From Cyanobacteria bacterium P01_A01_bin.123 (GTDB lineage Bacteria; Cyanobacteriota; Cyanobacteriia; Phormidesmidales; Phormidesmidaceae): a stretch of 54,441 nucleotides of DNA. Each line of letters starts with the position of its first letter. Positions within the stretch are counted from its first letter, which is position 1. The notes under the pieces are model-generated. The model ran no database searches. It saw only the letters and a list, made by a program, of their open reading frames with translations, and was not told where the DNA came from. The stretch lies in assembly GCA_039815185.1 (NCBI GenBank), contig JBCBZT010000050.1:1-54441 (forward strand). Direction: 5' to 3'. The translations under genes and the position numbers were made by a program. Below, in pieces: positions 25,451 to 36,131 of this stretch.

Positions 25451-28268
25451 GTCACGACTGGGAACCCAACGATATACCTTCAAACCATTTGAAGATGAGT
25501 CTGATCTAGAGTGCATCTGTCAGATCGTTCTACGAAACCGTGATGTGGGGGCTTATCTCCTACGAAAAGGCCGACGCTTTACCTTTGTGTTTGGCTTCCA
25601 ACTACCTGGATTCCATATCCTACTTTCTCCTACCCAGGCAGAAACTACGTTAGCTCGACTGTCAGAAGGGCTCAAGGGATTGCGGCCTGGCGAGCACCTG
25701 CGGCTCCATTGGTGCTCCTTCGCCGATGACACGCCACGCCAGCAAGAACTGGCCGATCTGATTCGGAATACAGATAGCCAAGAAACGCAGTTCTTGTTAA
25801 TGGCACAGCAACGATCGACACGAGATTTGACGATTAGCGGCGATCGCCAACCGAAGCAGCTCTATTGCTTTGCCACCTATCCTCTTGAACCCGGTAAAGC
25901 CAACAGTTCAGATCGGATCGAAAAGCTAATCGCTTGGTTAGTTACTCAATACGAGACGTTTAAGGGACAGCGCGAGGCGAAAGAACAGCAGCGCTATGTT
26001 CAAATGCTGACCAGTGCCTTTACCGATGGATTCCTCCATTGGGAACAGCAGCTTAATGCGCGGATGGGGTTGCAGGCTAGTCCCATGACTGCCAATCAGC
26101 TCTGGGGCTATCTCTGGCGGCAGTTCAATGATGGCCCACCACCAGAGGTTCCCCAATGCTTGACATTGCAAGAGGTGGATGGGGAAGCGGTTTTAGAAGA
26201 GCAGATTCAATCACCGCTGCACGCTGTTTCTGTCCTAATTCGCGGGACAACTGGCAAACCAACCCATCCCAGAGCAGATCGTCAATGGTTGAAAGTCCGA
26301 GATAAGCTAGTGGGGGCAGTTGCGCTGGAAGTGAAGCCGTTTGGGTTTACCAGCCCAGAACATCAGCTTTACTACCTGTGGCAAGCCGCTTCTCAACTGC
26401 CAGACTGCGAATTTGTCTGCGAGTTATCGGCAGCGGATCGGGTAATGGCTCGCATGACGCTGCAACGGTTGACCCGGCAAAGCTATACCGCGACGTTACG
26501 GGCACAGCAGCTCAAAGATGTGGATGTGTCTTCTCAACTCCGGGCTCAAAAGAGTGTTGAAGCTCAGGCCCAGATTTTTGAAGGGGCTGTGCCCATTTGG
26601 GTCAATCTGGTGGCGTTTGTGCATCGGCAAACACCTCAGGATCTCTCAGAGTCCTGTCAAAAGTTGACCAATGCTTTTCCCCAGGGCAACTTCGTGCGCG
26701 AAATGGAAATCGCTTGGAAGCTTTGGCTAAACGCGCTGCCGATTGTTGATGATTGGCTGTTTCGGGATGGACGGCGGCAGATGTATCTGACCAACGAAGT
26801 GCCGGGGTTGATGCCCGTGGCTTGTCCAAAAGCGTTTGATAGCCAAGGGTTAGAGTTGATTACCCGTGAAGGGAATATGCCGCTGTTGATTGATTATGTC
26901 GGCAAACATCGCGGCATGTTGATCTTTGGAGAAACCCGTAGCGGGAAGTCAGTATTGGCATCGGACATTTTTGTGGGTGCCGTTGCCCGTGGCATGAATG
27001 TGATTTCTCTGGACTATCCCAAGCCAGATGGCACCACAACCTACACCGACTTGGTCAAGTTCTTTGGGCCGCAGGGGGCTTATTTCGATATTGGGTCTGA
27101 GTGCAACAACCTGTTTCAAATCCCTGATTTGAGTCAACTGTCTGAAAAGCAGCGCCAGGAACGCTTGGACGACTACAAGGAGTTTCTGGTTAAAGCCCTG
27201 AACACAATGGTAATGGGTGCAGAAACTGAGAATCAGTTGGGTAAGCGAGTGCATACGGTGCTTTGGCAGGCGTTGACTGTTTTCTTTTCTGATTCTGTGA
27301 TTCAACAGCGCTATCAGGGGGCATTTGCATCAGGCTTTGGCAGTGCAAGTTGGCAACAGATGCCAACGTTGAAAGACTTTGTAGAAACAGTTGCCCATCT
27401 CGATTTAGGGATTGACTCAGACTCCCTAAGAGAGGCGATTTCAACTATTCTGCTGGAGCTGCGCGGATGGCTGAGTAGTCGGGTAGGCAAGGCAATCTCC
27501 CAACCTTCCACGATTCGCACTGATGCCCAATTCACAGTCTTTGCCCTCCGCAATGTGGGTGACAACATTGATGCGGCAGTGTTGGCGCTGTCAGCTCAGT
27601 CCATGGCGTTTCGCAAGGCGTTGGAGGTGAGTGACTCGTTGCTAGCGATTGATGAAAGTCCGATTTTGTTCAAGTACAACGGCATTGCCCAAATCATTGG
27701 TCAGGTTTGTGCCAATGGGGCAAAGTCTGGCATTCGTCCGTTGATTATCGGCCAAGATCCGGACACTATTGCCGATTCGGTGGCAGGTTCTCAAATCTTG
27801 CAAAACCTGAATACCCGATTCATCGGCGCAATTCAACCCAATGCACTGCAATCCTATGAGCGACTGTTTGGCTATGACCCGGCTGTGCTAAGGCCCAATA
27901 CCAGTGAGGCGTTTCGCACGGATCCAATTCGCCTGTGTTCTCATTGGCTGGTGGATGTTGATGCTCGGTTGACCCCTTGTAGCCACTATCCGTCTCCGGA
28001 ACTATTGGCAGCGGTGGCCAACAATCCCAAGGAACAGCGAGCACGGCAACGAGTATTGGCTGGCTATGGCAACAAGTTTCAGGGCTATGCGGCTTTTGCC
28101 AAAGCCTATGTTGAGGCACTGCGTTCAGGGCGATCGCTAGATAGCATCGCACCCCAATCACCCATTTCTTCCTTCTCCGAAACCGATTTCAAAGCTGATG
28201 CTCCGGTTGATCATCATGCCAACGGGCATCGCTCTCCGCAGTTGACTCACTTCGGTAAACCATCATGA
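25443..28268 (+). CDS. virB4: VirB4-like T4SS ATPase
   Basis: Walker A GETRSGKS, Walker B LAIDESP, ANGAKSGIR; ATG 25443 overlaps the end of the upstream gene. Confidence 0.85.
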   Translation: MSKSRLGTQRYTFKPFEDESDLECICQIVLRNRDVGAYLLRKGRRFTFVFGFQLPGFHILLSPTQAETTLARLSEGLKGLRPGEHLRLHWCSFADDTPRQQELADLIRNTDSQETQFLLMAQQRSTRDLTISGDRQPKQLYCFATYPLEPGKANSSDRIEKLIAWLVTQYETFKGQREAKEQQRYVQMLTSAFTDGFLHWEQQLNARMGLQASPMTANQLWGYLWRQFNDGPPPEVPQCLTLQEVDGEAVLEEQIQSPLHAVSVLIRGTTGKPTHPRADRQWLKVRDKLVGAVALEVKPFGFTSPEHQLYYLWQAASQLPDCEFVCELSAADRVMARMTLQRLTRQSYTATLRAQQLKDVDVSSQLRAQKSVEAQAQIFEGAVPIWVNLVAFVHRQTPQDLSESCQKLTNAFPQGNFVREMEIAWKLWLNALPIVDDWLFRDGRRQMYLTNEVPGLMPVACPKAFDSQGLELITREGNMPLLIDYVGKHRGMLIFGETRSGKSVLASDIFVGAVARGMNVISLDYPKPDGTTTYTDLVKFFGPQGAYFDIGSECNNLFQIPDLSQLSEKQRQERLDDYKEFLVKALNTMVMGAETENQLGKRVHTVLWQALTVFFSDSVIQQRYQGAFASGFGSASWQQMPTLKDFVETVAHLDLGIDSDSLREAISTILLELRGWLSSRVGKAISQPSTIRTDAQFTVFALRNVGDNIDAAVLALSAQSMAFRKALEVSDSLLAIDESPILFKYNGIAQIIGQVCANGAKSGIRPLIIGQDPDTIADSVAGSQILQNLNTRFIGAIQPNALQSYERLFGYDPAVLRPNTSEAFRTDPIRLCSHWLVDVDARLTPCSHYPSPELLAAVANNPKEQRARQRVLAGYGNKFQGYAAFAKAYVEALRSGRSLDSIAPQSPISSFSETDFKADAPVDHHANGHRSPQLTHFGKPS

Positions 28269-29083
28269 TTACTCCTCATTCACATAAAATTCCTATCGCT
28301 TTGATTGGCACGACTACGCTGCTTCCCTTACTTGGGGTTGGTGTTGCGACAGCATCCATCTTGCCCGGTGGCATTGGTGACCAGTGGCAAGACTGGGTAT
28401 TAGAAAACTGGAATCCGCTGGAACAGGTCATGGGTGCATTGGAACAAGCCACACCCATCCTGGAAACGGTGATGCAAGACTCCCTGGGTGAGGTTTGGCA
28501 GGATTTGCAGATCTATACGGGTTCGCCCTTGCCCAATTCCCATGAGATTCGCAATGCGTCAGATCCGCTCGGGGCTGGGGTATTGACGGCTAGTCCAATC
28601 GTGCGCCAGCGGGATTTGGCTAACCTCTATGACCAGGAAACCGCCAGGGCTTTGGCCGCACCCATGTTAGGGGAAGACGGAGAACAGTGGCTAATCGAGA
28701 ATGCAGAACAGGTGACGGCACTGGTTGAAAGCAGCCAGCAAGGGATGGGGCAGGTTCAGCAGTTGGCGGAACAGGCTCAAGGATTAGGTGTAACTCAAGA
28801 TGTGATGAAGGCGCAGGCTGAGATTGACAGCGCGATCGCGGCTTTACTCACCCAACAAACCCAACTGGATGCCCAAAACCACACGACTCTCCTAGAACTC
28901 CAGCGGTTGGACGGCATCATGGCTCAACTGGCAGCCAATACCAGTGAAGGGGTGGATGAGAACAACCGCCGCGATCGCTTGGAACGCCAAGTTCAAATTA
29001 GCGGTTCAACTCAAGCGCCTGTCTATATCCCTGGCCTATTGGGAACAGGGGAAGCTAGCGAAGCAGCATCTGGGAGGGAGTAA
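28265..29083 (+). CDS. VirB5/TrbJ-like secreted conjugation protein
   Basis: Signal peptide, Gln-rich coiled coil, VTQDVMK motif; ATGA overlap with virB4. Confidence 0.55.
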   Translation: MITPHSHKIPIALIGTTTLLPLLGVGVATASILPGGIGDQWQDWVLENWNPLEQVMGALEQATPILETVMQDSLGEVWQDLQIYTGSPLPNSHEIRNASDPLGAGVLTASPIVRQRDLANLYDQETARALAAPMLGEDGEQWLIENAEQVTALVESSQQGMGQVQQLAEQAQGLGVTQDVMKAQAEIDSAIAALLTQQTQLDAQNHTTLLELQRLDGIMAQLAANTSEGVDENNRRDRLERQVQISGSTQAPVYIPGLLGTGEASEAASGRE

Positions 29084-29085
29084 TC

Positions 29086-30189
29086 GTGATGGTGCGACTT
29101 ACCCTCGCCCAGGTGACTGGTGGCCTCAGCATTCTGGAAGATAGCATCCAACAGCTTGAAGCGGTTCAGGATGCCTGGAATCAGCGCTGGAACGATATCT
29201 TCAGCGGTTCAAACGGCCTCTATCTGGGCATCACTGAGTTCGCTGCCATCATCGTGGTCGGGGCTTTTATCTTTTTTGCAGTGGGGTGGATCAAGATTGC
29301 CATGGAGCGGGGCGTGCTCCCGGCGTTTTCAGATGTGATTTGGGTGTTGGTGGTGGCAGCGCTGATTTTCAACAACGGGGCGATGCTGAGTTCACTCACA
29401 CTGGGTATCCGCAACCTGATCAATGACCAAACCCAGAAGGTGCTTGATATTCAAATTGGCGAAGTCTCGATGCTAGAAGCGCTCAATGATGTGATTGTCT
29501 CGCAGCAGGCTAAGGCCAGAATTCAGCAGCAGTATGCGGAATGTGAAGCCAAGGAAGGGCAGTCCCAGGTGGACTGTTTCATTCAGGCAGGGCGAGAAGC
29601 CCAAGACACCCTAGAGACGGAGTATCGTAGCCGGGGCTTTTGGTCAGCGGGGTTAGAGCGTCTCCAGACTCGGATTAATCAGATCACCCAACAGATTGAA
29701 TCGACTTACGCGAATGGGGATAACGTACCAGGGACGAGTCCACTCAACGATATTTTGGCGGATACCTTGATTCAAACGGGCAGTCAGGCAATCGCGCAGC
29801 AGTTACTCAAGGGTTGGCAGTGGGCCTTTGCCAACCTGTTGGAACTGGCCATGTTGATTACGGGACTGATGGGGCCATTGGCAGCAGCGGGGTCTATCGT
29901 GCCGATGCAAAGTCGTCCGCTGTGGGCTTGGTTAACCGGATTCTTCAGCTTGGGGATGGCCAAGTTTTCTTACAACGTGATTATTGGCCTGGCGGCGACT
30001 GTGTTAGTGGCGGCTAATGCCCAGACCCAAGGGGATTTTGGTTTCTTGCTGCTAATCAGCGTGCTGGCTCCGATTCTGGCGTTGGCCTTAGCCAGCGGTG
30101 CCGGGATGGCCGTCTTCCGGGGCGTTTCGGGTGGGGTGACTCGGATTATTTCCATGGGCACGTCTGTAGTGCCGATGCCTAGACCGTAG
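29086..30189 (+). CDS. VirB6-like polytopic membrane protein
   Basis: Multiple TMs, ELAMLITGLMGPLA; operon position. Confidence 0.65.
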   Translation: MMVRLTLAQVTGGLSILEDSIQQLEAVQDAWNQRWNDIFSGSNGLYLGITEFAAIIVVGAFIFFAVGWIKIAMERGVLPAFSDVIWVLVVAALIFNNGAMLSSLTLGIRNLINDQTQKVLDIQIGEVSMLEALNDVIVSQQAKARIQQQYAECEAKEGQSQVDCFIQAGREAQDTLETEYRSRGFWSAGLERLQTRINQITQQIESTYANGDNVPGTSPLNDILADTLIQTGSQAIAQQLLKGWQWAFANLLELAMLITGLMGPLAAAGSIVPMQSRPLWAWLTGFFSLGMAKFSYNVIIGLAATVLVAANAQTQGDFGFLLLISVLAPILALALASGAGMAVFRGVSGGVTRIISMGTSVVPMPRP

Positions 30190-30224
30190 TTCGCTTTTAG
30201 TTTGTCAGTCGGAGATTTTAGACG

Positions 30225-30971
30225 ATGCAGATAGCGAATCTCAGACGAAAAGTACAGCGGGTCAAGCTCGACTCTAGCGATATCTTGCCCCTAGCGTTTG
30301 CAGGCTTGTCCTTTGGGGTATTTATTCTGGCGATCGCGCTATTTTGGCTCGCCGTTTCGTTTTCCAAGTTGGCTAGCCAGCCGGTGCCGACGCTGGTTCA
30401 ACAGGTGGATGGACAGGCTTTTACCGTCCGTGCTGCCGATAGGCTCTACCGAGAACCGGAACTGATTCGCCAGTTTGTCAGCCAATGGGCGGTGATGACG
30501 TTCACCTGGGGGGCACCGCCGGATCAGCAGGATGCCCCAGTAGATGAAGGCATGGCCGTTACGGGACATCACCGCATCCCAACGGCGGCTTGGCAGGCTT
30601 CGTTGGCGTTGGCTCCCGATTTCCGAGATGCCTTTATCGAGCAGTTGGCAAATGAGGTGGTGCCTGATGGGGTGTTTGAGGGCAAGGTCTCTGCGGTGCT
30701 GATTCCGCAACACATTTCTCAACCCCAGACAGCGGGAGAAGGCTATTGGCAGGTTGATTTGGTGGCCACTCGCATCGTTTTTGATGAGGCGAACCCGACA
30801 GGCCAAACGATTCCGTTTAATCGCACGTTTTACATCAAGGCGATCGAGCCGCCTCAAGAACCCTTGATTTCAGATGCCTCTGAGTATCAGCAACTGATCT
30901 ACCGCATGTTAGAAGGCGGGGTGCAAATCGAAGAGATTCGTCCCCTACAGCAGGAGGATTTGCCATCATGA
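30225..30971 (+). CDS. VirB8-like protein
   Basis: Single N-terminal TM, PTLVQ, periplasmic domain with WQVDLVATR. Confidence 0.55.
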   Translation: MQIANLRRKVQRVKLDSSDILPLAFAGLSFGVFILAIALFWLAVSFSKLASQPVPTLVQQVDGQAFTVRAADRLYREPELIRQFVSQWAVMTFTWGAPPDQQDAPVDEGMAVTGHHRIPTAAWQASLALAPDFRDAFIEQLANEVVPDGVFEGKVSAVLIPQHISQPQTAGEGYWQVDLVATRIVFDEANPTGQTIPFNRTFYIKAIEPPQEPLISDASEYQQLIYRMLEGGVQIEEIRPLQQEDLPS

Positions 30972-32542
30972 GTTCCACCTCTGAACAGTCGATGACGACT
31001 GAGGAATTGAGAGAACTGACCAATGCCCCGGCGGTTGATGAACCGTTGGTAACGCCCGCAGATTTTGAACCTGACGATAATCCGTCCATCCGTCCGATTT
31101 GGAAAATGCCGTTGCCCAAACTGGGGGTGATTGCCATTCTGCTGATTCCAGTGTTTGGATTAGCCGGGTATTTTCTGGTGGGCGGTCGTCAAGGAAATGT
31201 GGCTGATCAACACCAAGCTCCCACTCAGAGCGAGACGGCTGAGCGTGATACTAGCGATCAATCCGTAGCAGAACTTGATCAACTGCGCCAAGAGAATGAA
31301 ACGCTAAAGGCCAATTCTGCTTTGGACGGGCAGGCATATTTGGTGGGTGAAAAATCGGCTCCTGAACCGAGGGAGAGAACGGAGGCGATCGCGCCCAGAC
31401 CTGAACCCTCAACCCCATCTCCACCCAGACCCTCAAGTCAAAATAGGGCAACTTCTCCAACCGTTGTCAGTTCTCATCCGACAACAACACCAGCCGATGT
31501 TGCCATGGCATCCAGTCCAACCCATCCACCCAGATCACCCACACAATTTTCCGATCCAACGGAGCACTGGCAGTATCTTTCACAGTTAGGCAGTTACGGT
31601 TCCCTTGCTGCCTCTCCTGATGACGCTGATGTCGTTGAAGATCCTGTGGCAAAGCAGCAGGCAATCATCGCTTCTGCGGTTTCTGAGACAGAGGCGCAAC
31701 TGGTATCGACTCGGTTAGATACAAGGCCAGCCAATGATTCGCCCATCCTAGATGACGAGAGGAAGATCCCTTCGGAACTACCTGATGACATCAGTGATGT
31801 CGAGAATTTTTCCCCAGCCCAAGCGCTAACTGCCTCAATGGAGGGAAGAGCGGAGTCCCATATCCTGCACGAAGCCGAAGCAGTCATTTTGGAGGGGGCA
31901 TCAGAACCACCAACACTCACAGCCGGAACAACCGCCACTGGACAACTGGCTACACCCTTAATTTTTGAGGATTCAGAGAGTACGGATCGCTTTGTGGTAG
32001 TGCTGACAGAACCCCTGAAAGATGCCCAATCGCGAATCGTTTTGCCAGTCGGGAGTCAGCTCCTCGTCCAAGTAGATCAACTCACTGATGAAGGCTTGGT
32101 GGATTTATCAGTAGCTGAGGTGGTTTGGACAGAAGGTAATCAGCAACACGAGGTGGTTTTACCGGAGCAGGCGCTTCAGATTCGCGGGGAAGATGGCAGT
32201 CCGATCATCGCTGATCGATTTGAAGACTACGGAGCTGAAATGGCGATGAGGGATATGGAGCAGTTTTTGCTTGGAGCTGCTCGCAGAACGGCTGAACTTT
32301 ACACCCGTTCAGCGACAAGAGTTCAAACCAGTGGCAGCAGCACGGTGATCACAGAAAGTAACCCCGCTCCCAATATTTTGGCTGGTGTGCTGGAAGGGGG
32401 CACTGACGCCATTCTCGACACGATCTCTGAACGTAACCAGCAAGCAATGGAAGCACTTCAAGATCGTCCGGATGTCCGCTTTGTAGAAGCGGGTCGCCCG
32501 GTGCAGATCTTTGTCAATCAATCGGTGCAGCTGCCGATCTAA
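30968..32542 (+). CDS. virB10: TrbI/VirB10-like protein
   Basis: TM, coiled coil, Pro-rich linker, C-terminal beta domain ending AGRPVQIFVN. Confidence 0.75.
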   Translation: MSSTSEQSMTTEELRELTNAPAVDEPLVTPADFEPDDNPSIRPIWKMPLPKLGVIAILLIPVFGLAGYFLVGGRQGNVADQHQAPTQSETAERDTSDQSVAELDQLRQENETLKANSALDGQAYLVGEKSAPEPRERTEAIAPRPEPSTPSPPRPSSQNRATSPTVVSSHPTTTPADVAMASSPTHPPRSPTQFSDPTEHWQYLSQLGSYGSLAASPDDADVVEDPVAKQQAIIASAVSETEAQLVSTRLDTRPANDSPILDDERKIPSELPDDISDVENFSPAQALTASMEGRAESHILHEAEAVILEGASEPPTLTAGTTATGQLATPLIFEDSESTDRFVVVLTEPLKDAQSRIVLPVGSQLLVQVDQLTDEGLVDLSVAEVVWTEGNQQHEVVLPEQALQIRGEDGSPIIADRFEDYGAEMAMRDMEQFLLGAARRTAELYTRSATRVQTSGSSTVITESNPAPNILAGVLEGGTDAILDTISERNQQAMEALQDRPDVRFVEAGRPVQIFVNQSVQLPI

Positions 32543-32582
32543 TTCAGCCTAAATCTACTATTTCGTATCAGAGGAATCGGCT

Positions 32583-33272
32583 ATGAAACCCCAACTCATA
32601 GTCCTGGGAGGCTTATTGTCCATTTTTGGATTTTCTCCTCCAATCCAGGTTCAAGCAATTAATCTCCCATCGGCTGCTGAAGCTCAGGCGGGGAGACAGC
32701 CCATGAGGGTTGAACTCTACCCAGGCTATGGCGTCAATCTAAACTTTCGACCCACTGGCGAAACCATCCATCGGGTCTGGTTAGATGATCCGTCTCAAGT
32801 CACCCTCGACTTTGATGACCCTGGCTGCGCTGACCTGGGTGAGCCTGGAAGCTGTGCTGCGACGGTTATTCATTTACGTCGGATTAACCCACTGGAGTTT
32901 CCTGAACTTCCTGCTTCAGACTCAACCCTGCTGACCGTGCTGACTGCACAGAATCTCTACGAATTTCGGCTGACGTTTCCCACATCAGGCACGGCGACCT
33001 ATACCACGCTCGAAATTCAGCCTGAGGAGGCACCGCCTCATTCCACTCCCATGACTTTAGCCCAAATTCAAGGGCAAAGTGGCGCTGCCGTAATTGAACA
33101 GGGGCTAAGCGTTGCCGAAGCGCGATCGCTGATTGCGACAGATGATCCGCTCTGGGAAAGGATTCAGTCATTTCTAATCCTGCTGCGTGGAGGCACCCCG
33201 GCAGCAGAGGCGGCAGCAGAAGCGGGAATTTCTTCTGCCCTGGTAATGCGACTAGCAGAGCTAGGTCAATAA
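32583..33272 (+). CDS. VirB9-like secreted conjugation protein
   Basis: Signal peptide; GYGVNLNF..GETIHRVWLDDPS; operon position. Confidence 0.55.
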   Translation: MKPQLIVLGGLLSIFGFSPPIQVQAINLPSAAEAQAGRQPMRVELYPGYGVNLNFRPTGETIHRVWLDDPSQVTLDFDDPGCADLGEPGSCAATVIHLRRINPLEFPELPASDSTLLTVLTAQNLYEFRLTFPTSGTATYTTLEIQPEEAPPHSTPMTLAQIQGQSGAAVIEQGLSVAEARSLIATDDPLWERIQSFLILLRGGTPAAEAAAEAGISSALVMRLAELGQ

Positions 33273-33293
33273 CTGTCCATCGGAGGCACTGTC

Positions 33294-35570
33294 ATGGCGA
33301 TACAACCTGCCGTCCGAAAATTGATTCGCACTCTGGGATTGGGGCTAGCTGGCGTTGCCCTGTTGTTCGGGCTGCTGATTTCCCAAGGAAAGCTTGCTGC
33401 CAGTATCAGCCCAAATCCGGCGATTCCCACTACCGCGATCGCGCTGGAAGAGGGCTACGCTCAGCTCCCTGACTGGGCTCAGATCACCCTCCGTACACTG
33501 CCCCCGATCCTATCAGATGGGGGATTTGAGGCTCCCTCAGATCTGATCCAAACCTTGGGCTATGACCTCTCCCGCATTTGGCGAGCTGGGCAAACCGCAG
33601 ACACTTACCTCAAGCTGGGTGATCTTCAAACCAGCCTCTATCCTCAACTTTTCAACCTTTACAGCATTGCCCAACTCACCGAGCTGGATCTGGGCCAGGT
33701 GGCCTTGAGCACATTTGAAATAGCTACCCGGCAGACTTTGAATGATTGGGTGACTGCGATTCCTGGTTTGGGAAACTACCCAGTTGATCAAATTCCAGCG
33801 ATCGCATCCCTCATTAACCTCACTCGCCCTGATACAGATTTGAGCACCACTCTTGCTGACCTCCTGGCTACCCATTCCGATCTGGGCCAATTGCAGTTAG
33901 GGCAACTGGGGGAACAACTCAGTCAATTTGCCATCACTGATATTCCTGGACTTGAAGCCGTACCGGTCCAGAACCTGATCGATTGGCAAAATAGCTTCAT
34001 CGATCAGGTTCCAGGTTTAGCTGATGTCCCCCTCAGTCAGATGCCTAACCCGATAGAGATGGCAGGGGTAATGGGGACAGTCGATGTGGTCTATGGGCCT
34101 GCTGAACGCGATCGCCACAATACAATTTCCGGCAGCGACCAGGTAGGCTTCAGTGCCACCTGCGACGAAAACTGTGCCCATGTGGAACTCACGGGAACGC
34201 CAGCGCTCCACGGTAAGCAGTGGGTTTCGGGCAAGTATCAGCAGGTGGAGGGAGGGTTTGGCATTTTAGGTGTCGTGAATGGCGGCAAAGAACCCACGGG
34301 TCGTCATCCCTTTGGCGAAGTCTTCAAGGTTTCGATCTGGGATGTGGATGAGTCTACCGGACAGGCGAGTACTGCTCTGCATTTCCGCATCTGTCAGCGC
34401 GGCGGATTCCTCTCGCCCGATCTGGGCTGTACGCCCTACTTCCTAGGGCCAATTCCCTTCCTGAACTACCAAGAAACCGCTCCGATTTTCGTAGGACTGC
34501 TGGATGATCAAGGCGGTGCTTCCAGTCCGGCTTCAGTCCCTTCAGGGGTGCTCGAACAGGCCAGAGCCATGGGAATCCCCGCTTCAGCACTGCCAGGACA
34601 GGCTGGTGGTTTCCTGGGAGACGGTTCCCTGTGCGGCGAAGGCCCAGGTGGTGTGGATTTTGCGGCTTTAGCAGCAGCGTTTTCAGATATTGAAGGTAAC
34701 TACGGGTCTGTGGGTGCCTATGTCTGCGATCGCCGGGGGACGTGCGGGCGAGGCTTAGGCCGCTACCAATACATGAGTTACCGCTCGGACGTCCGCCAAC
34801 TGATCAGTCAGCGGGAAGGGGGAGCCGCATTTCTGGCTAAAGTCGATTCTGGCGCAGCCATCAGTTCAGCAGAAATAGAACGATTTCTTCCCGCCAGTGA
34901 CCAAGACAGTATTTTCAAAGCCGATCAGACCCGCAATATTGAGCAGGCCACAGGAGAAGGCTTTTCGGGCGATCGCTTAATTGAGCGCGTGGGTCAAATT
35001 CACCTTGGCGGGGCTGGTGCTCCCATTGATGGCAGTGCTTCCGATGTCCATGGGCGATTGACGTTAAAAACCTATGGCGAAGAGCTGAGCCAACAGTATA
35101 AAAGCGCTGTCGCCGCTGGGGCTGGTGGTTCTTGTGCGGCGAAGGGGGATGTTGGTGGTACGCCGCCATCGGGTGAACTCAATCAGCGGGTTTATGAATC
35201 CTTGGGAGAAATGGGTCGATTTGACACCTCGTCTGGGCCAGATGGCGGCAACTTAGCCTGTGCTTGGGCCGTGAATCGAGTTTTGGAAAATGCTGGCATC
35301 GCCCCAGTGGGAAGCAATCCCAACTATGTGCCTTCCGTTGAAAGCGTCTTGCAAAATGGACGGGGCAGTCAGATTAACCAGAACCAATCGCAGGCCGGAG
35401 ATATTGTAATCGCCCCCAACGGGCATCACATCGGCTTTTGTCTGAACGATGGCTGTACCCAAGTGCGCTCGAACTCGTCAAGCCGAGCCCAGTTCACTTG
35501 GGATTCTAATTTCAATTTCGATGGGGTTTACGGCGGTGGTCAAAGCCGCGTTTATCGGCTCGGTTCTTAA
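33294..35570 (+). CDS. Conjugation-associated cell-wall hydrolase (lysozyme-like plus CHAP/NlpC-like domains)
   Basis: Signal peptide; IPGL repeats; IEGNYG...GLGRYQYM; C-terminal ACAWAVNRV...GDIVI...HIGF. Confidence 0.6.
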   Translation: MAIQPAVRKLIRTLGLGLAGVALLFGLLISQGKLAASISPNPAIPTTAIALEEGYAQLPDWAQITLRTLPPILSDGGFEAPSDLIQTLGYDLSRIWRAGQTADTYLKLGDLQTSLYPQLFNLYSIAQLTELDLGQVALSTFEIATRQTLNDWVTAIPGLGNYPVDQIPAIASLINLTRPDTDLSTTLADLLATHSDLGQLQLGQLGEQLSQFAITDIPGLEAVPVQNLIDWQNSFIDQVPGLADVPLSQMPNPIEMAGVMGTVDVVYGPAERDRHNTISGSDQVGFSATCDENCAHVELTGTPALHGKQWVSGKYQQVEGGFGILGVVNGGKEPTGRHPFGEVFKVSIWDVDESTGQASTALHFRICQRGGFLSPDLGCTPYFLGPIPFLNYQETAPIFVGLLDDQGGASSPASVPSGVLEQARAMGIPASALPGQAGGFLGDGSLCGEGPGGVDFAALAAAFSDIEGNYGSVGAYVCDRRGTCGRGLGRYQYMSYRSDVRQLISQREGGAAFLAKVDSGAAISSAEIERFLPASDQDSIFKADQTRNIEQATGEGFSGDRLIERVGQIHLGGAGAPIDGSASDVHGRLTLKTYGEELSQQYKSAVAAGAGGSCAAKGDVGGTPPSGELNQRVYESLGEMGRFDTSSGPDGGNLACAWAVNRVLENAGIAPVGSNPNYVPSVESVLQNGRGSQINQNQSQAGDIVIAPNGHHIGFCLNDGCTQVRSNSSSRAQFTWDSNFNFDGVYGGGQSRVYRLGS

Positions 35571-35602
35571 TGTATTTGCACTTGATAAGGAGACTCAAAC
35601 TG

Positions 35603-36127
35603 ATGAAAAAATCTCACATCCGACAGCTCAAGCGAATTTGGAGAGGCGTAATGCGGCATTGGTTAGGTTGGAGTGTGCTGGCGATATTGCTCATCCCCAC
35701 GGTCGCGATCGCCCACAATAGCCAATTTTGGTCATCTCAATCACCTGTCCAGGTAGCTCAAGGGGTGGAGCAAACATTGACAGCCCTGGCTTCCCAACCG
35801 CCAGAGACTTTAACGCAAGCCCCTGAGACCACTGAAGAGATTCACGCGGAAGTCGCTCAGATAACGCTCGATGCTCTACTGGCAGAGACAGAAGAGTCCA
35901 CGACTGAACCCGAGGTCTATAGAACCATCATCCAGGGAGACTATGCCCTAGCTACCTGGCGGTGGGGTGAAGGTGGGGGTCAAAGCGTCCTTTCAAAAGA
36001 ATCTGGAGACTGGCAGGTACTCAGCTCCGGTGGTGGTGTGGTTGATGTGTCCACCCTCGAAGAGTTGGGCATACCTGCTGACATCGCCCAAATGCTGATT
36101 GAACAAGATCAAGCGGATTGGGAGTAG
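35603..36127 (+). CDS. Membrane-anchored hypothetical tra protein
   Basis: RBS AGGAG; TM helix; GDYALATW..GEGGGQ domain. Confidence 0.6.
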   Translation: MKKSHIRQLKRIWRGVMRHWLGWSVLAILLIPTVAIAHNSQFWSSQSPVQVAQGVEQTLTALASQPPETLTQAPETTEEIHAEVAQITLDALLAETEESTTEPEVYRTIIQGDYALATWRWGEGGGQSVLSKESGDWQVLSSGGGVVDVSTLEELGIPADIAQMLIEQDQADWE

Positions 36128-36131
36128 TCCG